Shown here: piece by piece, positions 27,596 to 33,537 of the stretch
Layout of the letters: each line of letters opens with the position of its first letter
Position numbering within the stretch: position 1 is the stretch's first letter
Assembly (NCBI GenBank): GCA_018699755.1
Contig: JABIRQ010000089.1
Span: 1 to 33,537 of the forward strand
Source of the DNA: Rhodospirillaceae bacterium
Lineage (GTDB): Bacteria; Pseudomonadota; Alphaproteobacteria; CADEGL01
Direction of reading: 5' to 3'
DNA: 33,537 nt
Translations under genes and position numbers: made by a program
The notes under the pieces: generated by a model
Database searches by the model: none
What the model was told of the DNA's origin: nothing
What the model saw: only the letters and a program-made list of their open reading frames with translations

Positions 27596-28897
27596 TCAGC
27601 CATAGAGGAGGAGACAGGCGATCACGGCGCCGGCGATGCCCGCCGCATCTGCCGTCAGGGCCACGGGCAAAGCATGGCGCAGCCGCCGAATCCCAACCGC
27701 CCCGAAATACACGGCGAGGACATAGAAGGTCGTCTCGGTCGAGCCTTGAAGCGTGCTGACGAGATACCCCGTGTAGCTGTCCGGTCCGACCGAAGGATCG
27801 TTGATGATGGAGGCGAGTATTCCGTAGGCGCCGGAACCGGAGAGAGGACGCAGCAAGGCCATAGGCAAGGCATCCGACGGCAGGCCGACCAGGGAGGTGA
27901 CCGCACCCAGAGGCTGGACGATCAAATCCATCGCACCACTTGCGCGAAACATGCCGACAGCGACCAGGATCGCGACGAGATAGGGGATGATGCGAATCGC
28001 CACCTGAAAACCGTCGCGCGCGCCATCCACGAAAACTTCGTAGACCCTTACCCGGCGCGCCACGCCATAGCCGAGCAGTCCAATCATGAGACTCGGAATG
28101 ATCCATGGACTGATGACCCGGCCATACACCACGGTCAGGGGAACCAATGCGACGATACCTGCGAAGGTCAGCAAGGAAACCCAGCCGGGATATCCGGTCG
28201 GAGTCTCAGTCGTCGCTGCTGCCTCTGGAATTGGTTTCTCGACCGGCTCCGGCTCGATCTCGGCCGGCGCCAAATCAGGATCCGGCACGCGCGAGGCACG
28301 CTGGTACAATTTCGCGGCCAATACGGCCACGGTCGTCGAGCATAGGGTCGCGAACAAGGTCGTCGGCACTATTCCGGCGGGATCGGCGCTCCCCGCAGCG
28401 GCGCGCAACGCGATCACCCCGGTCGGCAGAAGAGTGACGCTCGAGGTGTTGATCGCCAGGAACAGAACCATGGCATTCGAAGCCGTGCCCTTCGCGGGGT
28501 TCAGCTTTTCGAGCTCCTGCATGGCGCGAATGCCGAACGGCGTGGCGGCGTTACCGAGTCCCAGAACATTCGCGGACATGTTGAGGATCATGGCCCCCAT
28601 AGCCGGGTGATCGGGCGGCACTTCAGGAAAGAGCCGTGCCATTCCGGGGCGGACCAACCGCGCGATCACCGTCAGCAGACCGCCCGCCTCCGCCACCTTC
28701 ATCAGCCCCAGAAACAGCGCCATGACGCCAACCAGACCGATAGCCAGGGTAACCGAAGCGCCGGCGGCATCGATCATACCGATCGACAGGGCCTCCATCG
28801 GGGTCTTGGCATCCAGATCGACCGGAATCCAGGTGAGTTGGCGAAAGGCGGCAACCAGGAAGGCGATCAGGACAATGGCGAAGAAGACGGCGTTCAC
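27596..28897 (-). CDS. Nucleoside-recognition (Gate) domain membrane protein, fused SpmA/SpmB-like, 433 aa (GTG start)
   Basis: Polytopic membrane protein. SANVLGLGNAATPFGIRAMQEL and LFLAINTSSVTLLP are typical Gate-domain motifs. GGAG lies 5 nt upstream of GTG 28897. Confidence 0.82.
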   Translation of the reverse strand: MNAVFFAIVLIAFLVAAFRQLTWIPVDLDAKTPMEALSIGMIDAAGASVTLAIGLVGVMALFLGLMKVAEAGGLLTVIARLVRPGMARLFPEVPPDHPAMGAMILNMSANVLGLGNAATPFGIRAMQELEKLNPAKGTASNAMVLFLAINTSSVTLLPTGVIALRAAAGSADPAGIVPTTLFATLCSTTVAVLAAKLYQRASRVPDPDLAPAEIEPEPVEKPIPEAAATTETPTGYPGWVSLLTFAGIVALVPLTVVYGRVISPWIIPSLMIGLLGYGVARRVRVYEVFVDGARDGFQVAIRIIPYLVAILVAVGMFRASGAMDLIVQPLGAVTSLVGLPSDALPMALLRPLSGSGAYGILASIINDPSVGPDSYTGYLVSTLQGSTETTFYVLAVYFGAVGIRRLRHALPVALTADAAGIAGAVIACLLLYG

Positions 28898-28972
28898 GAC
28901 GGCTCCGTTGGGCAGCGAGCCATCAGGCTGCCGCTCCGATCCGCTCCCCGCAACGGAAAACGGGCCGTGCCC

Positions 28973-29245
28973 CTATTCTTTTTGTTGCAACGCCCGCACT
29001 CGTTCCCGCAGCCATGCATAATCGAGAACGAAGCGGGCAATTGCCGAACAACCTTCAGGAACACGGTTCCGGCCGCAAGGCTGCGGCAGAGTTTCCAGCT
29101 CCTCCGCGGCCCGAACTTGCACAGCGGCGGAATAGGCTGGCAGCTCCGGCGCGACGATCGCGCTAGAAGCGCCCGTCGCGCAACCGCTCAAGAACGCCAG
29201 CGCGGTCGGCAGGAAAAACCGCCCCCATCCGGACGGCCGCGGCAA
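28973..29245 (-). CDS. Small lipoprotein, candidate o-spanin (Rz1/LysC-like), about 90 aa from an internal TTG
   Basis: Frame of ORF 28973..29383. TTG at 29245 gives PRPSGWGRFFLPTALAFLSGC, with lipobox L-S-G-C (Cys codon 29180-29182). The mature part is APELPAY...LPQPC...C...LRERVRALQQKE. The start codon is uncertain: ATG 29383 would give an implausibly long 67-aa pre-lipobox leader. Confidence 0.45.
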   Translation of the reverse strand: MPRPSGWGRFFLPTALAFLSGCATGASSAIVAPELPAYSAAVQVRAAEELETLPQPCGRNRVPEGCSAIARFVLDYAWLRERVRALQQKE

Positions 29246-29381
29246 GCCCCGCGCGAGCCTGATCCAAGGCTGCTTCGCTGTAGCCGAGGCGGCGCAGACT
29301 GCGGTCACGACGCCAATCCGCGATCGCTTCGACGATCGCGGCCAGCAAGGCGCCAAGGACCGCTTGGATAAGCGTTGCCAC
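29163..29381 (-). CDS. Small N-terminally anchored membrane protein in an alternative frame, candidate short i-spanin-like partner, 72 aa (GTG start)
   Basis: GTG 29381 sits 1 nt after the holin-like gene's TAA. It encodes a clean TM helix VATLIQAVLGALLAAIVEAIADW followed by RRDR and a helical tail. It overlaps the lipoprotein frame by 83 nt. Codon third-position GC is high in both frames, so coding status is unresolved. Confidence 0.35.
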   Translation of the reverse strand: MATLIQAVLGALLAAIVEAIADWRRDRSLRRLGYSEAALDQARAGLAAAVRMGAVFPADRAGVLERLRDGRF

Positions 29382-29382
29382 A

Positions 29383-29727
29383 TTACGGCTTCGGCAAGCG
29401 GGCGCGCACCAGTTCGGCGAGAGCATCCGGGGTCACATTGAAACGCGCGAGAGCATCCGGCGTGTGGGCCACGACATAGGACACAGCCTCACGTACGGTG
29501 GTGTTTCGAACGTCGATGGTCGAAAGGTCTTGGCCCTGCTCGCGTGCCCGGTTGGCTGCATAGTTCACGCCCGATGCAAGGGCTCGCTCGAGATAGGCGC
29601 GCACCTCGTTATCGGCGCCCAGTTTGAGCTTCCGCCCCAACCAGGCCAGGACCCAACCGCCGACCGCAAGAACGATCGCAACCAGGATATCGATACCGAA
29701 GTCGATCAAAGGCGTCAGGTCGATCAT
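29383..29727 (-). CDS. Holin-like single-TM phage protein (resembles LL-H / superfamily-6 holins), 114 aa
   Basis: AGGAGA SD before ATG 29727. N-terminal TM IDILVAIVLAVGGWVLAWLG followed by a charged helical domain ending VTPDALAELVRARL. Its position lies between the tail fibre and the lipoprotein. Confidence 0.55.
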   Translation of the reverse strand: MIDLTPLIDFGIDILVAIVLAVGGWVLAWLGRKLKLGADNEVRAYLERALASGVNYAANRAREQGQDLSTIDVRNTTVREAVSYVVAHTPDALARFNVTPDALAELVRARLPKP

Positions 29728-29743
29728 GTGTCGCTCTCCTAGT

Positions 29744-30058
29744 TCAGCTGGACGGAAGGTCGTTCGACGCCGGGGCAGGTTCGAGAACCCGAAACGCTTC
29801 GCCGAACGCGATGATGCAGGCGCTGCCATCGGCGTGGACCCGCAAGGCCGTCCAACTGCCCAAGGGGCCGGCCAGGGTCTCGATCACGACCGGGCCCATC
29901 AGGGCTCGCGTGACCGGGACTTCGCCATGGGTGCTGTTCAGCATCGTCACGATCGAGGCGCGTTCTCCGCACCGCGGCACCTGGGCCTGCGCCGGAACGA
30001 AAAACGCCGCCCCGAGGGCGGCGACAATTGTCAGGACAGCAATAATTCTCTTAGGCAT
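29744..30058 (-). CDS. Secreted small protein of unknown function, 104 aa
   Basis: AGGAAAGGA SD, signal peptide MPKRIIAVLTIVAALGAAFFVPAQA-Q, two Cys in the mature part. No enzymatic motif recognised. Confidence 0.6.
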   Translation of the reverse strand: MPKRIIAVLTIVAALGAAFFVPAQAQVPRCGERASIVTMLNSTHGEVPVTRALMGPVVIETLAGPLGSWTALRVHADGSACIIAFGEAFRVLEPAPASNDLPSS

Positions 30059-30071
30059 GCACAATCCTTTC

Positions 30072-30434
30072 CTAATGTTGCTGGTTCGGCTCCGAATTCC
30101 CGGGTAATTGCGCGCGATGGCGTTCGCCGTACTGGCGAAACAGAAAGCCTCTGACCTCTTCCATCTGGCGCCTCACCAAGCGCAATTCCGTTTCGATTCC
30201 GGCCAGCCGCTCGCCTGTGCCGTTATGGGCAGGCATCGTCCGATGTTCCTGCACGTCGCGTTCGATGACCGTCACGCGAGACTCCAGGCGTGCGATTCGT
30301 TCGGACTGGATGGCCGGCGACTGGACCACCCAGACCGCAGCGCCAACCAGGGCCACCACCATGGTTAGCGCAAGCGAACCCAGTCCCACGACCCAACCCC
30401 GAATCGCGCTATTGGGCATTCCGTCCAAGGTCAT
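30072..30434 (-). CDS. N-terminally anchored coiled-coil membrane protein (DUF2730-like?), 120 aa
   Basis: Starts 3 nt after the tail-fibre stop. TM WVVGLGSLALTMVVALVGAAVWVV followed by heptad-like IARLESRVTVIERDV...LAGIETELRLVRRQMEEV. Confidence 0.6.
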   Translation of the reverse strand: MTLDGMPNSAIRGWVVGLGSLALTMVVALVGAAVWVVQSPAIQSERIARLESRVTVIERDVQEHRTMPAHNGTGERLAGIETELRLVRRQMEEVRGFLFRQYGERHRAQLPGNSEPNQQH

Positions 30435-30437
30435 GAT

Positions 30438-31901
30438 TCAGATGTTCTTCCCGCGCGGATCGACCCAGCCCGTCGTCGCGATCATGAGGTCGGTCGTGCT
30501 CGCGTCCGAACGCGCGACGATCCGCCCGTTTGTGTCCGTCACCATCCGAAACTGTCCCGCATCGCGCGCGGATGTCGCGCCAGGCTCGGAGTTGATGGCG
30601 CGCAAGTTGTTGAACGGCGCGGCATTATCGTCCGGTGCTTCGTCATTCTGTGCCTTCGGTCGAAGGACGACGTTCGCTTGGATGCGCTGAACGGAGCCAT
30701 TGAACACCGCAAGAACGGGAAGGCCGGTCGGCACGGTCAAGGTGATGTCGAGCGATGTGGTCCCCAGAGAGGAGGTGTCCAGATCGGCGGGCGGATCGGC
30801 CCACATGAACTCGTCGCCGACTTGGGTGAAGCTCACGATATTCGGTGTCCCGTCCGTCAGCACGGACCCGATGCGCCGCTTGAGCGTGTAGCCGCTCGGC
30901 ATGGTCGGGCTCGCCAGAGAGGTCGAGAACAGCACGTCTCGCGTCCCGTCCGTCTTGCCGATGACGAAGACGTGATACCAAGTGCTGTTTGCGATCGATC
31001 CCGTGTCGAGCCCGCCAGTGCCCGTGCCCTCCGTGAAGGCTGAGAAGGTCTTGGTGAAGGCCGAGGATAGGGTCAGGCCCGTCTCGCCGTCGTCGGCGCA
31101 GCCCAGGCCCGCAGCGATCCCTACCGTCGTCGCGGCGGATTTCGAAAGGATAAGTCCGTCAATGTAGCCGCGCAGCGCGACCGGAGTCGCCCAAGCGGCC
31201 TGATCCGCGCCCTGGCGGAGGATCTGGCCTTCCCCCCCCTTCGCCAGCCGCTCGGGCCCGACGGCGCCCTCGATCAGCATGTCGCCGCGCATCGTGAACA
31301 CGTCCTGCTCGGCTCCAAGCGTCGCCCGCGCGGTCGCGGCGTCGGCGTCGTTGAACAGCGTGTCGATAAAGGACGAAACCGGTCCGAGGTTCGCGCTCGT
31401 GCCGACAGCAGCAACCGGATTGCCGCCGCCGTCGAAGGCGAAGAACTTCCCGGCTCTATCGCTCTCGATCGGCAAGTCGAGTGTCGTCGCCGTATCCGAT
31501 GCCGGAACCTGAATTGCCCGATCGAGCCTTTCGGCATGCTGGTGCGCGATCATGGTGAGCTTGTCGAGCGCCTGCTCGTGCGCCTTGGCTGGAAACTCGC
31601 CGCCTTCCGGATAGTCCGTTCCCTGTGTCTCTGGAACGATCCGGCGGATCACGAGACTCTGGCCGACGGCCGGGGTGTGGTCGGTGGGGCTGGTCACAAC
31701 GGTCAACGTCCCGCCAGCCTCGTTTCCCGCTCCGCTGAGAGTGTAATGCGTGCCTGCCTCCCAGGCCGTCTCTCCCCCCACGCTGTCACGCAAGATAATG
31801 GTGATATGCCCATCCTCGAGAAAGAGAAACGGCACCGAAAACGATATTGTTGCCCCGTCGCCCGTATAGGCCACACGGCTAGTCGAAGTGGATACGGTCA
31901 T
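30438..31901 (-). CDS. Phage tail fibre protein with T7-like N-terminal adaptor domain, 487 aa
   Basis: The N-terminus VAYTGDGATISFSVPFLFLEDGHITI...LVIRRIVPETQ..DY..GGEFPAKAHEQALDKLTMI follows the T7 gp17-type N-terminal pattern. Mid-region ARATLGAE is present. The distal domain has WYHVFVIGKTDG...PSGYTLKRRIG. Confidence 0.85.
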   Translation of the reverse strand: MTVSTSTSRVAYTGDGATISFSVPFLFLEDGHITIILRDSVGGETAWEAGTHYTLSGAGNEAGGTLTVVTSPTDHTPAVGQSLVIRRIVPETQGTDYPEGGEFPAKAHEQALDKLTMIAHQHAERLDRAIQVPASDTATTLDLPIESDRAGKFFAFDGGGNPVAAVGTSANLGPVSSFIDTLFNDADAATARATLGAEQDVFTMRGDMLIEGAVGPERLAKGGEGQILRQGADQAAWATPVALRGYIDGLILSKSAATTVGIAAGLGCADDGETGLTLSSAFTKTFSAFTEGTGTGGLDTGSIANSTWYHVFVIGKTDGTRDVLFSTSLASPTMPSGYTLKRRIGSVLTDGTPNIVSFTQVGDEFMWADPPADLDTSSLGTTSLDITLTVPTGLPVLAVFNGSVQRIQANVVLRPKAQNDEAPDDNAAPFNNLRAINSEPGATSARDAGQFRMVTDTNGRIVARSDASTTDLMIATTGWVDPRGKNI

Positions 31902-31948
31902 GGATCCTGTTTCATGTCGAAGGTTGAACTCTAGGTTGATCGAGCGTT

Positions 31949-32830
31949 CTAGCGCGACTTCATGGCCGACTGTTCCGCTCTACGTCGCGCTTCGAAATAT
32001 GGCAGATACGTCAAATGCTCGTTCGCTTGCACAACCCGCTGATCAGCCAGCAGGGAATGGCCATGCGCCACATCTGCTCGCGATTGATTGCGCAATGTCA
32101 GCGCACTCAATTCTCCCCGGCTGTCTTCGGACAAATCCGCCAGAGCAAGAAGCGGGCTCCCCTCCAGCGCGACGCCGGCCGCACCGAATCTTGCGCGCCG
32201 ACTGGCGTAGGCTTCGTTTGCCCGGCGCCGAGCATTTTTCTCTTCCTGGGAATTCTGCTGTTGAACACGGGCCGTCGCTTGATGGGCAAGTTGTGCCTGC
32301 AACGCCGTACGATCTCTTTCCTGGCGGGCGTTGAGCCCCTCTGCGCCATAGGCAATGGCGGGCAACACGTTGGAGAAAAAATCTCCCATATTTTCGGTCC
32401 TCGCAAAAAGAATGGAGTCACTTCCGTCAGGCCCGTGGCGGCGCATCACGCCCTCCGATACGAAGCCGAGCCATTCCGCTAAGCGGCACGCCTTCGAGTC
32501 GTCCTTTCGAACCGCCGCTTGGACACGGTGCAGACGGAGACGCGCGATTCCCTCCTCCACGCCTCTCCTGATCCAACGCGCTGTCGAAATCCGATGCGCA
32601 GACAAATCCACGGAACGTATCAGCCATGCTTCGGCTACCCCCGGCCGCAATACGAACAATCCGCCAGCCGCGACGACCCCTTCATCAGAAGCCAGGGCCC
32701 GCGCGAAGCCGCCAACGGCATACAGTTTCGCCAAGGCGTTTGGATCGCCGCATGTCTCCATGGCTTCACGCTCCCGATCCGCCAAGCGCATGCGTTCCAC
32801 GTGGTCGGGCACGAAAGGAACGAGCCTCAT
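31949..32830 (-). CDS. Phage protein: N-terminal GNAT-fold/DUF2833-like domain fused to a Gln/Arg-rich internal-virion(core)-like C-terminal half, 293 aa
   Basis: N-terminal half: PFVPDHVERM...AAGGLF...AEAWLI...LHRVQAAVRKDDSKACRLAEWLGFVSEG...DGSDSILFAR. C-terminal half from MGDFF: helical QAQLAHQATARVQQQNSQEEKNARRRANEAYASRRARFGAAGV..GSPL. ATGA overlap with the upstream small ORF. Confidence 0.7.
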   Translation of the reverse strand: MRLVPFVPDHVERMRLADREREAMETCGDPNALAKLYAVGGFARALASDEGVVAAGGLFVLRPGVAEAWLIRSVDLSAHRISTARWIRRGVEEGIARLRLHRVQAAVRKDDSKACRLAEWLGFVSEGVMRRHGPDGSDSILFARTENMGDFFSNVLPAIAYGAEGLNARQERDRTALQAQLAHQATARVQQQNSQEEKNARRRANEAYASRRARFGAAGVALEGSPLLALADLSEDSRGELSALTLRNQSRADVAHGHSLLADQRVVQANEHLTYLPYFEARRRAEQSAMKSR

Positions 32831-32982
32831 GCCGCTTCGTTGGTCTTGAGCCGCGGCACGAGGGCAAGCAGGGTAAAAGGCGCTGGCGCATCGCCTTTAA
32901 TCACGATGCGGCTGTCGGAATCGTAGCCGCCCTCGAATTCGATGAAGCGCTCGCCGCTGAACAACGGCACCGCGGCATCCAT
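32827..32982 (-). CDS. Small hypothetical phage ORF, 51 aa (up to 69 aa from GTG 33036)
   Basis: Its stop overlaps the ATG of the next gene (ATGA at 32827-32830), suggesting translational coupling. No recognisable domain and a weak SD. Confidence 0.4.
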   Translation of the reverse strand: MDAAVPLFSGERFIEFEGGYDSDSRIVIKGDAPAPFTLLALVPRLKTNEAA

Positions 32983-33082
32983 GGGATCACCGCGCCGGCC
33001 GCGTCGTCGAAGGCATTGCAGATCACCGCGCGCCACAGGGCGCGCTCGCCGGTCGTGGCGTGCATCGCAAACTCCCCTGTCG

Positions 33083-33114
33083 GAAAGAAAAGGGCCGCCT
33101 CTCCGGGCGGCCCC
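33083..33114 (-). terminator. Rho-independent terminator after the ART-motif ORF
   Basis: Perfect 8-bp GC stem GGGCCGCC (33092-33099) / GGCGGCCC (33106-33113) with a 6-nt loop. On the minus strand it is followed by TTTTCTTTC. It begins about 23 nt after the stop at 33137. Confidence 0.6.
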
Positions 33115-33136
33115 AGCCTGCCTGCGCGGCGTGCGC

Positions 33137-33537
33137 TCAGGCGGCTTCGTTCGGTTTTCCGGTCTTCTGGACCAGTGCCTTGTTCAGGCTGCTCACCCGC
33201 TTCTGGGTGTCTTCGTTGGTCCAGTAGTCTCGGCTCTTGTAGAGCTTGTCGAGTTCCTTGCGCAGCCCGCCCTCGCTGTCGGGCACGCCATCCGACGTCA
33301 CCATCGCGTCCTCTCCGATTCGTTGTCCGATCTTCGCGAAGATGCGCAGCACCTCCGCCTCGCCCACGACGGCCGAGTATGGCGCGATGTTGACGCCGCT
33401 GCTGATGCTGATGTTGAACATGGTGCGGTCGCCCTCCTTGCCGAGGAACATGTCGTTGGAGAGCACGCCGACGTTGGTGGTGGTGGAGGAGAAGCCCCAC
33501 CACAGCACCTCCTCGCCCTCCTCGTACTGCCCCAGCG
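33137..33537 (-). CDS. Partial CDS (5' end outside window): C-terminal part of a phage protein with ADP-ribosyltransferase-like STT and ExE motifs
   Basis: The frame stays open to the window edge (..LGQYEEGEEVLWWGF..). WWGFSSTTT (S-T-T at 33476-33490), the beta-rich TMFNISISSGVNIAPYS, and then GEAEVL (E-A-E at 33353-33361) have the spacing of R-S-E class ARTs. An extra 60-aa tail ends KPNEAA. Confidence 0.6.
   Translation of the reverse strand, partial: LGQYEEGEEVLWWGFSSTTTNVGVLSNDMFLGKEGDRTMFNISISSGVNIAPYSAVVGEAEVLRIFAKIGQRIGEDAMVTSDGVPDSEGGLRKELDKLYKSRDYWTNEDTQKRVSSLNKALVQKTGKPNEAA

Larger units (their letters stand above)
28973..33537 (-). mobile_element. Phage-derived late/structural-lysis module (3' end of a prophage or remnant), truncated by the window edge
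   Basis: A co-directional tight gene string: ART-motif protein, GNAT/DUF2833-core protein, T7-like tail fibre, then small TM, secreted and lipoprotein genes. Several start regions are locally AT-richer. No integrase, tRNA or att repeat is visible in the window. Confidence 0.7.

Noticed and set aside
26666-28345. 559-aa plus-strand ORF
   Set aside because: It is antisense to the SDR and Gate-domain genes and has no motifs. It is a shadow ORF.
28898-28972. tRNA or att site at the phage/host junction
   Set aside because: No cloverleaf-compatible sequence or T-loop motif (GGTTCGAAT-like) was seen here or anywhere in the window. An att repeat cannot be assessed because the other end is outside the window.
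30438-31200. Diversity-generating retroelement targeting the tail-fibre C-terminus
   Set aside because: No reverse transcriptase ORF and no second, adenine-variant copy of the tail-fibre 3' region were noticed in the window. This was by visual inspection only, so a repeat search over the full prophage would be needed to exclude it.
1-33537. CRISPR arrays, tandem repeats, IS elements, integrases, rRNA
   Set aside because: No regularly spaced direct repeats, no transposase- or integrase-like ORF translations and no rRNA-like segments were seen. All long non-annotated ORFs are explained as shadow frames.

Overview
Visibly GC-rich bacterial chromosome; gene content suggests an alphaproteobacterium (inference only). 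There are two parts. (1) About 1-28.9 kb is tightly packed transport, metabolic and signalling genes. In order: Usp plus a TAXI-type TRAP transporter, a class-III aminotransferase, apt, a PAS histidine kinase, a DUF62 SAM-cleaving enzyme coupled to an alpha/beta hydrolase, a 3-hydroxyacyl-CoA dehydrogenase, and a near-consensus sigma-54 promoter driving a small periplasmic Moco-domain-like protein coupled to a 1284-aa hybrid kinase. Then come ubiX, two Asp/Glu-racemase-superfamily genes flanking an AstE/AspA Zn-deacylase, a TIGR02466-type 2OG oxygenase, aspS, a D-aminoacylase divergent from a cyclase-family hydrolase, and a minus-strand operon (Gate-domain membrane protein, atypical SDR, tartrate dehydrogenase, DUF429-like protein, HIT, rhodanese). 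(2) 28.97-33.54 kb is the 3' end of a phage-derived late module on the minus strand, running off the window edge. It holds a partial ORF with ADP-ribosyltransferase motifs, a terminator, a tiny ORF, a GNAT/DUF2833-core fusion, a T7-like tail fibre and four or five small membrane, secreted or lipoprotein genes that look like a lysis cassette. I saw no rRNA, tRNA, CRISPR array, integrase or transposase. The best candidates for something new are the phage ADP-ribosyltransferase-like protein among virion-internal genes, the dual-frame spanin-like pair in an endolysin-less cassette, the sigma-54 sensor module, the racemase/deacylase/UbiX cluster and the TDH-DUF429-HIT-rhodanese operon. All family assignments come from reading motifs by eye; no database search was run.
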